Below the pieces are notes generated by a model. It was not told the DNA's origin and did not search any database. It worked only from the letters and a program-made list of their open reading frames with translations. A stretch of DNA of 64,000 nt, taken from assembly GCA_016201065.1 (NCBI GenBank), contig JACQDL010000011.1, forward strand, positions 13,772 to 77,771. Reading direction: 5' to 3'. Within the stretch, counting starts at the first letter, position 1. Every line of letters begins with the position of its first letter. This document shows, in pieces, positions 8,142 to 17,275 of the stretch. This DNA comes from Actinomycetota bacterium. GTDB lineage: Bacteria; Actinomycetota; Actinomycetes; Mycobacteriales; JACQDL01. Position numbers and translations under genes: made by a program.

Positions 8142-9523
8142 CACGGGATCGGCAAGTTGGCGTTTTAGGGCGCGAAGATGCTTGTTATGGTCGCATGTCT
8201 TGTTTGACGTAGGGACGGCTTGCTGGTAGCGGTTTCTCTGATTCATGGGGATGGCCTCTAGCCCGGCATGATCACGGGTACCGAATCCTGATCTGACCGG
8301 AACAAGAGGCCATCCATGTCAGTGTCGCACGCCCGCGAGTCCGCCATGACCAACACCGACGGGGAGGCACCTGGCCTGCTGGATGTGCTCGCGCAGGTCC
8401 GGGACCCGCGTAAGAGGCGCGGGCGCAGGTTCGGCCTGGTGTTCCTGCTCGCGGTGGCGGTGGCGTGCGTGCTGGCCGGGGCGAAGAGCTTCCGGGAGAT
8501 CGGCGACCATGCCGCCGACCTGCCGCAGGACGTACTGGCCCGGCTCGATGGGAGGCCGCATCCGCTGCTGCGGCGGATCACCGTGCCCAGCGAGACACGG
8601 ATCCGCACCCTGGTCCACGCCATCGGCGCCGATGCCCTCGATGACCTGGTCGGGGGCTGGCTGCGGGCCCTGGTGGAGGCCGGCCGGTTGGACGGGCTGC
8701 TGAGGGCGATCGCGATCGACGGGAAGTGGCTGCGTGGTGTCGCCGACGGGCAGGTGAAGCTGTTCGCCGCGATGCTGCACGAGGAGAAGGTGATCATCGC
8801 CCAGCACCGCATCCCGGACGAGACGACCGAGACCACCCAGGTCAAGGAGTTGCTGGACGCCGTGGACCTGGACAACGCGGTGGTCACCGCCGACGCGGCC
8901 CACACCCAGCGCGAGACCGCCCAGTACATCGCGGGCAGCAAGGACGACGGGAACCGCGGTTGGCGACTACTTCCTGTTCCTCAAGGGAAACCAGCCGACC
9001 CTGCAGGCCGCGGTCTTCGACGCCATCCAACACGGCGGCCCCCGCGACCCGGACCACACGGAACTGGACCACGGCCATGGTCGGATCATCCGCCGCTCCA
9101 TCTGGGTCACCGACGCCGGGGACCTGGACTTCCCGCACGTGTCCCAGGTGGCGCGGATCCGCCGCGACCGCTACGACCTCGACGGCACCCTGATCAGCAA
9201 GGAAATCGTGCACGCCGTCACCAGCCTGAAAGAAGACCGCGCCACGGCCGTGGACCTCGCAAGGATCGCCCGCGGCCAGTGGGGCATCGAATCGGCGCAC
9301 TGGCTACGCGACACCACCTACGCCGAAGACGCCAATACCGGATATGCCGGGAATGGTCCGCAGGTCATGGCCACCTTCAGGAACATCGCGGTCAGCCTGC
9401 TCCACATCGCCGGCGTCACCGAGATCACCCGCACCCTCCAGGCCATCGGACGCGACCGAACCCGCCTACTCAACTACCTACCGATATGAGACCAGTATCA
9501 CAAACGACTTTACCGATCCCGTG
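8142..9523 (+). mobile_element. ISAs1-family insertion sequence (1382 bp) with 10-bp target site duplication
   Basis: Terminal inverted repeats are CACGGGATCGG(C/T)AA at 8142 and its reverse complement ending at 9523. Flanking direct repeats ATGCTGCAAG lie at 8132-8141 and 9524-9533. It encodes an ISAs1/H-repeat-type transposase. Confidence 0.85.
8316..9489 (+). pseudogene. ISAs1-family transposase, frameshifted
   Basis: The N-terminal part is in the frame of ORF 8316 (LLDVLAQVRDPRKRRGRRFGLVFLLAVAVACVLAGAKSF...TADAAHTQRETAQYIAG). The continuation (GDYFLFLKGNQPTLQAAVFDAIQ...WGIESAHWLRDTTYAEDA) is in the frame of ORF 9139..9489. A single-nt frame change lies near 8960. Confidence 0.8.
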
Positions 9524-9584
9524 ATGCTGCAAGCACCTCAACCTCACCGGCCCAACCGTCGCGACCTGTAGTGCCGGCACCGTC

Positions 9585-9614
9585 GCCGACCAAGCAGCGC
9601 AGTTGCCAGTCGGC
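9585..9614. terminator. Possible bidirectional hairpin between convergent ImmA-like and kinase genes
   Basis: GCCGAC...GTCGGC 6-bp stem plus 3 further pairs after a bulge. Lies between the IS end and the kinase stop. No U-tract. Confidence 0.25.
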
Positions 9615-9672
9615 ACCGACGCCCCGCCGGCGTGTCGCATCCTCACCGCTGGTCGTGTCGGAGCTCCCGACC

Positions 9673-11235
9673 TCATACTTGCCGGAGTCGTTCGATCTGC
9701 CGTTCGAGGTTGATCAGATGGGTGGAGTGCGGGCCGTAGGTGATGCGGAACGCGGGCCTGAGTTCCTCCAGTACGGCGCGGGCCTCGGCGGTGCGTTGCT
9801 CCGTCGCCAGCATCTGCGCGATGACGAACCTGCTCTCAAGCACCCGTTCGGCGTTGTCCGGGTCATCGGCCTCAACGTTGCTGGTGAAGTAACGAAGATG
9901 GGCGAGCGCGGGCGCGGGTGCCCCGATTTCGGCGTAGGCGTGCCCCGCGTGGTAGGCGCACTCCAGCACCCTCGGGTGCGACGCCACCAGACCCCCAGCA
10001 CGGTACCGTTTACCAGCCCCGGCTAGGAGGGCGGCAGCGCGCCGGTACTCGCCGACGTAGAACAGGGCCAGCCCGAGCAGTTGCTGGAGTTCCAGTTCGA
10101 AGAACGGGTTGGCTGAGGAGCGTCGCAGTCCCGCTTCGAGCAGTCGCACCGCGCCGGTGTTGTCGCCACTGTCCAGCAGTGCGGCGACCGAAACGCGGAT
10201 CTGCTCGAACTCGGCATCGGTCAACGGTGCGCCACCGCCAGCGGGTTGGCGCGGTGGAGGTGGGGCGAGCAATGGAGTTCGGAACGGCCGGGTCGGGTCC
10301 CGGTTCGCACCACCCACACCCGCCCCTGGGGTGTGGGTGAAGGTCACCAGCGTGCGGTAGACCTGCTCCGCCGACGGGCGGCTGTCGGGGTCCTTGGCGA
10401 GCATCGTGTGGAGGAGCTGCTCCACCGGTTCGGGAATGTCCGCCCGGGTGGCGCGCGCCGACGGGGCCGGGGACTGGATGTGGTGGGCGCGCAGCGAGGC
10501 GTTCGGTGTGTCCAGGAACGGTGGGTCACCAGTGAGCAACTCGAACATCAGGCAGCCGAGGGAGTAGATGTCTGAGGCGGCGGTGACGGCCCGCCCCAGG
10601 TGTTGCTCGGGCGACATGTAGGTCGGGGTGCCCACGGTGCGGTCCACTTGGGTCAGCCGCGGTAGCGCGCCCGCGCCGCGCAGGATCGCGATGCCGAAGT
10701 CGAGGACCTTCACCACGCCGCCGTCGATGACCATGATGTTGGCGGGTTTGATGTCGCGGTGGACGATGTCGACCCGGTGGACGTCTGCCAGCACGGCGGC
10801 GATCTGGGCGCCGATCGCGGCGGCCCAGGAGATCGGGGGCGGTGCGGCCTCGTAGTCGGTCCGGTCGAGGAGCCCTTCGAGGGTGGAGCCTCGCAGCAGT
10901 TGCATGACCAGCCAGATCCGGGTGGAGCCGTCGGGTTGCTCGTCAATGCCGGTGTCGTAGACCGCCGGGGTACCGGGGTGTTCCAACTGTGCCGCGGTTC
11001 GGATCTCCCGGAGGAAGCGGGCACGGTCGCGTTGTTGCGCGTCGAGTAGTTCCTGGGCCTCGGGTCCATCCCCGGTGCGGGCGTGGGTGGGTTGGCGGAG
11101 CATCTTGATGGCGATGGCTCGGTCGAGGCGCTCGTCGTGGCCGTGGTAGACCTCGCTCATCCCGCCGCGGCCGAGCAGCGCGTCGACACGGTAGCGGCCG
11201 CTGAGCAGGTGTTCCGGCTCGACCTCTGGCGTCAT
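9673..11235 (-). CDS. Hanks-type Ser/Thr protein kinase with C-terminal TPR-like domain
   Basis: Kinase motifs AIKML (VAIK), HRDIKPANIMV, DFGIA and GTPTYMSPEQ. A Pro-rich linker precedes helical repeats (LLGLALFYVGEYRRAAALL..., YHAGHAYAEIG...). The ATG overlaps the hsdR stop (ATGA at 11232-11235). Confidence 0.9.
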   Translation of the reverse strand: MTPEVEPEHLLSGRYRVDALLGRGGMSEVYHGHDERLDRAIAIKMLRQPTHARTGDGPEAQELLDAQQRDRARFLREIRTAAQLEHPGTPAVYDTGIDEQPDGSTRIWLVMQLLRGSTLEGLLDRTDYEAAPPPISWAAAIGAQIAAVLADVHRVDIVHRDIKPANIMVIDGGVVKVLDFGIAILRGAGALPRLTQVDRTVGTPTYMSPEQHLGRAVTAASDIYSLGCLMFELLTGDPPFLDTPNASLRAHHIQSPAPSARATRADIPEPVEQLLHTMLAKDPDSRPSAEQVYRTLVTFTHTPGAGVGGANRDPTRPFRTPLLAPPPPRQPAGGGAPLTDAEFEQIRVSVAALLDSGDNTGAVRLLEAGLRRSSANPFFELELQQLLGLALFYVGEYRRAAALLAGAGKRYRAGGLVASHPRVLECAYHAGHAYAEIGAPAPALAHLRYFTSNVEADDPDNAERVLESRFVIAQMLATEQRTAEARAVLEELRPAFRITYGPHSTHLINLERQIERLRQV

Positions 11236-14200
11236 GGGGTGCCTGTCTGTCTGGTCATCTCCTCGCGGAGCTTGGCCAACGCTTCATCGCGCGCCGGTTC
11301 GGTGATGATGCGGTAGGCGCGACGGCGGGCGGCCTCCTTGACGGTCGCCCGGAACTCTGGGTTGTCGAAGTAGTTCTTGGTGAAGGTGGTGTTGCGGTCG
11401 GCGTTCTCGGCGACGAGGTCGTCCAGGCGATCGTCTGCGACCTGCCCGAATCGGTCTTCGTCGTTCATCAACGCGATCTGCTGCATGCCGGTGTCTTGGA
11501 CCAGGCCGGTGATCTGCTGGTAGATGAGGATCTCATCGGAGGTGCCCAGGCCGAGGCCGAACCGGTCGTTGAGTTCGGCGATCACCTCCGCCAGGGGCGC
11601 CATCTCGGGTTCGTGGCGGCCACCGCCGTCGGCGGCGTGGCCCCGCACGTCACGGTCACCGACGGCGGTCAGAGACACATCGTGCTTGCCGGTGAACTCC
11701 AACCGGAAGTGGGTCAGGTCGGCGTCGCCGACGTCGACCGCGGTCGAGGGGCGCCCCGGCAGGCGGACCAGCAGGATCCGGCCGTACTGGTAGAGCCGCT
11801 CCAGGTCGGGATCACCCCAGTCGATGATCTGTGCGAGCAGGCTGTAGGCACGCAGATAGGTCTGCAGGGCGCTGCGGAAGCCCTCACGCTCGTCATCGGT
11901 GTCCAGTGCCCGGAACCGGTCGACCGCGGGGGTGAGGTACTGGTGCAGCCGGGCGTGGAGCTTCTTCTCCGCCGTGGCCGGCAGCCGGTCGGGTCCCGCT
12001 TCACCGAGGACCCGCAGGAACGCCTGCATTTCCGAGGCCGCCAGCAGCCCGTACTCCATGACTTCGCGTTGCTTGTCGTAGAGCAGGTTGGGGTCGGCGG
12101 GCTCGGTGATCGTCGTTTCGAACCAGTCCTTGAACGCCTCCTGGATGGTGGCGGCGTCGTTGACGAAGTCCAGGATCCGTACGTCGTCCTGGGCTTTCAA
12201 CGGGTGGATCCGGTTGAGGCGCGACAGGGTCTGCACCGCGGCGACACCTGTCAGGGGCTTGTCGACGTACATGCCACACAGCAGCGGCTGGTCGAACCCG
12301 GTCTGGTACTTCTCCGCCACGACCAGCAACCGGTACTCCTCCTGGTCGCGGGCAGGAGCCTGCGGGTCGTCGGCCTTGGTGTAGGCGAACCGGTCGGGTA
12401 GTTGCGTCTCCCCGAACCCGTTCAGCTGCGCCTCGGTGTACTCCACCCCGGTGGACTCCTCCGTCAGCGACCCCGAGAACGCCACCAGCACCCCTAGGTG
12501 GTGGCCGCGTTCGTGGACGTGCCGGCGGATCGCCTGGTACAGGTCCAGGGCGTCCTGCCGGCTGCCGGTGACGACCATCGCCTTCGCCCGCCCACCCAGC
12601 CGGGGCTCGATGTCCTCCTGGAAGTCCTCGACGATCAGCTTGGCCTTCTGCGCGAGGGAGTTGGGGTGCCGTAGCGCCATGCGCACCAGCTTGGCTTTCG
12701 CCTTGGCCTCATCGACGTCGGGGTTGCTGATCGCCGAATCAAGCTGGTCGAGGGCGGCATTGCGCAGCCGCCACTTGGTGTCGTAGGTGAGGTAGTTGGC
12801 CAGCACGTCGAGGATGTAGCCCTCCTCGATCGCCTGGCGCATCGAGTACACGTGAAACGGCACGTACATGCCTGGTGTCGCATCATGCGGGTTAACCCGG
12901 TCCGGGTCCCAGGTGCCGAACAGCTTCAGGGTTGGTGACTTCGGGGTGGCGGTGAACGCGAAGTAGGACAGGTTCGGTTGCCGGCCCCGCACCCGGGTGA
13001 GGTAGGTGGCCTCGTCCTCCTCCTCATCCGCTCGGGCAGCGTTGACGCCGAGGGCCTGCTTGAGGCGGGTCGCGGCGTCCCCACCCTGGGAGGTGTGTGC
13101 CTCGTCGATGATCACGGCGTAGCGGCGACCACCCAAACCCGCGCCGGCGATCTTGTCCAGGATGTAGGGGTACTTCTGCAGCGTGCTGACTACGATCTTG
13201 GATGTGGCGTCCTCCAACGCGGCGGCGAGCTGGGTCGAGTCATCGTCGATCGTCTTGACCACACCGGGTTCGTGGTCGAACTGGAATATCGTCCGCTGCA
13301 ACTGCCGGTCCAGCGCGGTCCGGTCGGTGATCACCACCGTCTTGTGGAACACCGGGTGATTGTCGTCGTCGAAGAGGCTCGACAACCGGTGGGCCAGCCA
13401 GGCGATCGTGTTGGACTTACCCGAACCTGCCGAGTGTTGGATCAGGTAGTTGCTGCCCGCGCCGTGCGTGCGGGCGTGCGCGACCATCTTCTGCACGGCG
13501 TCCCACTGGTGGTATCGGGGGAAGATCCGGGGCGTGGTGTGCGGGCTGACCCATACCCCCTTCTTCTCCGCTTCCTGGACGTGCACGAACCGTTGTAGGA
13601 TCTCCAACCAGTTGTCCCGCTGCCAGATCTGCTCCCACAGGTACCCCACCGCGTAGCTGCCGGGCTCCGCCGGCGGGTTCCCGGATCCCCCACTCACCCC
13701 GGGGCCGCGCGAACCAATGTTGAATGGCAGGAACTGCGTGTCCTCACCCGCAAGACGGGTCGCCACGTATGCACGGTCCGGGTCAGCCGCGAAGTGAACC
13801 ACCGCACGCTTGGCGAACAACAGCTCGTTCGGATCTCGGGAACGGTACTGCGCGATCGCATGATTCACGTTTGTTCCAGTATTGGGATTCTTTAGCTCCG
13901 CGGTCGCCACCGGAATACCATTCACGAACAGGACAACATCAACCGACTTCTTGCGATCCCGGGTACTGAAGTGCACCTGCCGCGCCACGGTCAGGATGTT
14001 CGCGCCGTATTCACGCAACGCATCCGCAGCGAGTGTGTGACCGGGGCGGAAGTAGGCCAGATCAACCAGGATCCCCCGATCCTTCACACCGTAGCGGAGC
14101 ACATCGAGCACACCACGAGCATCCACCTCGGACGCCACACGCTGCGCGAACCGTCCCCGCGCCTCGGCCGCACTCCCGTAGAGCTCGACCAGCCTGTCCC

Positions 14201-14360
14201 AGCTCTCTCGCTGGCTCCCCCCGATGAACCGGAACAGCTCAGTGATATCCAAACCCAGATCCGCCTGGTACGTACCCTGGGCCATCACCCAGCCGCGTGC
14301 AAGCAGCTCGTACTCTGCACGTCCCTCAAAGCCACGCTCCCAATGCGCACCGGGACTCAT
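11232..14360 (-). CDS. hsdR: Type I restriction enzyme R subunit
   Basis: 1042 aa. Walker A HSAGSGKSNTIAW, DEAH box VIIDEAHTSQ, and the N-terminal nuclease region typical of HsdR. The ATG overlaps the stop of the reconstructed hsdS. Confidence 0.95.
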   Translation of the reverse strand: MSPGAHWERGFEGRAEYELLARGWVMAQGTYQADLGLDITELFRFIGGSQRESWDRLVELYGSAAEARGRFAQRVASEVDARGVLDVLRYGVKDRGILVDLAYFRPGHTLAADALREYGANILTVARQVHFSTRDRKKSVDVVLFVNGIPVATAELKNPNTGTNVNHAIAQYRSRDPNELLFAKRAVVHFAADPDRAYVATRLAGEDTQFLPFNIGSRGPGVSGGSGNPPAEPGSYAVGYLWEQIWQRDNWLEILQRFVHVQEAEKKGVWVSPHTTPRIFPRYHQWDAVQKMVAHARTHGAGSNYLIQHSAGSGKSNTIAWLAHRLSSLFDDDNHPVFHKTVVITDRTALDRQLQRTIFQFDHEPGVVKTIDDDSTQLAAALEDATSKIVVSTLQKYPYILDKIAGAGLGGRRYAVIIDEAHTSQGGDAATRLKQALGVNAARADEEEDEATYLTRVRGRQPNLSYFAFTATPKSPTLKLFGTWDPDRVNPHDATPGMYVPFHVYSMRQAIEEGYILDVLANYLTYDTKWRLRNAALDQLDSAISNPDVDEAKAKAKLVRMALRHPNSLAQKAKLIVEDFQEDIEPRLGGRAKAMVVTGSRQDALDLYQAIRRHVHERGHHLGVLVAFSGSLTEESTGVEYTEAQLNGFGETQLPDRFAYTKADDPQAPARDQEEYRLLVVAEKYQTGFDQPLLCGMYVDKPLTGVAAVQTLSRLNRIHPLKAQDDVRILDFVNDAATIQEAFKDWFETTITEPADPNLLYDKQREVMEYGLLAASEMQAFLRVLGEAGPDRLPATAEKKLHARLHQYLTPAVDRFRALDTDDEREGFRSALQTYLRAYSLLAQIIDWGDPDLERLYQYGRILLVRLPGRPSTAVDVGDADLTHFRLEFTGKHDVSLTAVGDRDVRGHAADGGGRHEPEMAPLAEVIAELNDRFGLGLGTSDEILIYQQITGLVQDTGMQQIALMNDEDRFGQVADDRLDDLVAENADRNTTFTKNYFDNPEFRATVKEAARRRAYRIITEPARDEALAKLREEMTRQTGTP

Positions 14361-14552
14361 GCTACCCCTCGCCTCGCCGTAGTTGCGTCGAGCTGACCGG
14401 TCACGGCGGCAGTTATAACTGCCTGACGGCGTTCAGACAGAAGCTCTCGGAGACGGCCAACTTCATCGCGCAGCGGTCTCGTTACGCGAATCGCATTCCC
14501 GATTTCGCGCTGCTCCATCGGATGAACGCGGGGAACCGCTATGCTTCCGAAA

Positions 14553-16255
14553 GTAAGCAGTCAGGGGTAGGCGGTTTGGGTGGTTACGCTGCGAGAGCGG
14601 ATGCGGTGGTGTTGCGGGGTGGCATCCAGGCGGTGTTGTTGAGGGCGTCGCGGATCGCGTCGAGGGGCCGGCAGCCGTGGTTGCGGGCGGTGATGAGGTA
14701 GGACCGGATGCGGCAGTGGCGTTGCAGGGTGGCCAGGGTGCGCCAGCAGCCGGAGACCTTCTGGGCGAGCTTGAAGCCACGGATCGCGGCTTCGGATCCG
14801 TTGTTCGTGGGGGGCACGTCGGTGCGGGTGGTGAACAACCACACCTGGTCGGTTTTGCGTTTCAGGCGTCTGGCGAGGACCAGACCGGGGTGGTTGCCCT
14901 TGGGCCAGGGCCGGGAGGTGTTGATCGAGATCCCGCAGGCCACGGCCTGGTCGAACTTCTCGCGGGCCCGGGTGATGGCGTCGGCATCCAGGGCGGTGCC
15001 GTTGCGGCGGGTGTGGTTGACGGCGTGGATCGCCACCCGTAGGGCGTCGGCGGCCTGGATGCTCCAGGCCTGGGTGAGTGGGTCGATGTCGGTGACGTCC
15101 TGTAGGTGGCGGAGCATGTGAGCAAGGCATTGCTGCACGCCCGCCAGGCCGGTGTCATAGGACAGGTACCCACCGAAGTCGTCACGAACCAGGGTCCCGG
15201 TGTAGTTGTCCAGTATCGGCGAACGCGGTGATCTCCTTCTTGGTGCGGGTCCCGGCCGCACCGAACCACACCAGGTCCGCCCCACCACCGGTGTAGCCGT
15301 GCAGGGTCCGCACGGTGAACACGTGCGGGTTGCTGATGTCCGCACCCGTCGTGGCGGCCTGGGTGGTGGCGCCGGAGGTGCTGATCGGGGCGGGTGTCTC
15401 ATCGGTGCCCAGCACGTCGGCTTCGCACAGCGCCGCCTTCAACGCCTCCTCGAATCCGGCCCCGCTCAACGCGGCATCCAACCGGGCCAGGCAAGCCGAG
15501 ACGTACCCGGTGGAGACCGGCACCCCCAACAGCGCCGACATCATCTCCGCAGCCCGCTCGACGCCGATCACGTCCTGGGACGCCAGCCATGTCGAGGCCG
15601 CCGCGACCTGCGGGCCATAGCAGGCCGGACCACCCCGCACCCCGACCGGCAGCTCCGCGGTCGTGGCACACCCACACGCACAGACCCGCCGCATGATCAG
15701 GTACTCGGTCACCGTCACCGCCAACACGGGCAGGTCGAACACCTGCACATTGGAGGCGACCGACCCGCGCGCACCGACCAAACTGCCACCACAACCGGAG
15801 CACACGGCAGGCTCCACCGCGTCGGTCCGGTCCGCCTCCGCCACCCGCGCCAGACCACGACCCCGATGCCCCGGCTGCCCACCCTGCTTCCGCTTGACCA
15901 CACCCCGCCCGGGTGACCCCACCGCGTCCGACCCATCGGAGGAGTCGTCCCCGGACCCGGCGCTCCCACCGGGCTTGGCCCTCGCCCTCGACGCGGGCCC
16001 GTCCTGGCTCGGTGGCAGCGACGAGTTCGACGAATCCCGGCCCGCGGCCCGCCGCAACGCGACCAACTCCACCCGCATCGCCTCGATCAGCGCCGCCTGC
16101 TCAGCCAACTGCGCGCTCTGCACCGCGACCAGCGCCACCAACTCCTCATACGAGGCCGGCACGGGCGAATCAGACACGCCCCAGAGTCAAACATGATCAA
16201 ACCCCAGCCAGCAACACCGACCCACCCCAGCTCACCCGGGGGCCTGACTGCTTAC
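14553..16255 (-). mobile_element. IS66-family (single-ORF type) insertion sequence, 1703 bp, 8-bp target site duplication
   Basis: Terminal inverted repeats are GTAAGCAGTCAGG at 14553-14565 and its reverse complement CCTGACTGCTTAC at 16243-16255. Direct repeats TTCCGAAA lie at 14545-14552 and 16256-16263. Confidence 0.85.
14584..16177 (-). pseudogene. IS66-family transposase, frameshifted
   Basis: The N-terminal ORF 15182..16177 has a leucine-zipper-like LAEQAALIEAMRVELVALRR and zinc-finger CSGCGG. The C-terminal ORF 14584..15402 reads DNYTGTLVRDDFGGYLSYD...QQCLAHMLRHL. A single-nt frame change lies near 15213. Confidence 0.8.
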
Positions 16256-17275
16256 TTCCGAAACGCTCCCAATTTCGAAAGTCTATCGCCCGCTCACGAG
16301 CACTGCCACCGAAGAGACTTAGATACCCATCCAGAGCAAGGATACGAAGCAGTCGCCCATAGAATGCGGCATCGCCACTGTCTCGCGGAAGACACACGTG
16401 ATAGACTGGACTGCAGATGCCGCTAGATTCCGAGTCGCCGATAGAGCCAGCGAATCCATCTAATCCATGTACCACTACATCCCCGACCTCGACCCCCTGA
16501 ACATACGGATCAGACTTGGCCGATTCGGTGAATCCGTGCGTCCGCCGCTCGTCGCGCGCTACCACTTGACCGTCACGAAATTCTGACACAATCGAATCTT
16601 GGGTAGCTCGCCGCTGCAACTTCACAATTAGTCGCTTCAGCGGGACGAGATCAGACCCGTCAACGCTGGCAATCTTACTTCGACCGATCACCGTTCGCAC
16701 ACGCGCATCGACACGATCATTGTTTAGATCTACCAGTCGCCGATTGGCCTCTAGCAATCGGTCTATCGCGTCAACCTTGGCGTCAAGGAAGTCGACGATG
16801 CGCTGTTGCTCATCTAGTGGTGGGTGGAGCAGCGGGAGCAAACGAAGTGAGTCCCAAGGGACATCGAACTGAGACGGCGGCATGAACTTCGATATTCTCG
16901 TCAGTTCGGACAAATAAGGTCTCGAAAGAAGCAGATAATTCAGATATCGAGGAGACCAGCCAGAGTTCGGGCGACAGACGTAGTATGCGGGACTAACAAT
17001 TCCGTCTCGGGGAGAAACGCCGAGACCTCCCTGCCAAGTCCGTAGCTTGTTGAACACTACATCGCCGACCCGGACATATTGATACTTGCCGAGGTCCTCG
17101 CCGAGGTTATTGTGGTTGTCCGACCGAGATTCCCTGGGAATCACTCCAGCATTCAGAAATACGGACAGTGGTTCAGCTTCTGGCTTGCCAGTTTCTTGTA
17201 TCCTCCGAGTGGCCACGCAGAGTCGCATCCACCGCCAGCCATCGGGTAGATCAATTTCCTGCAGCACTCCTTGAC

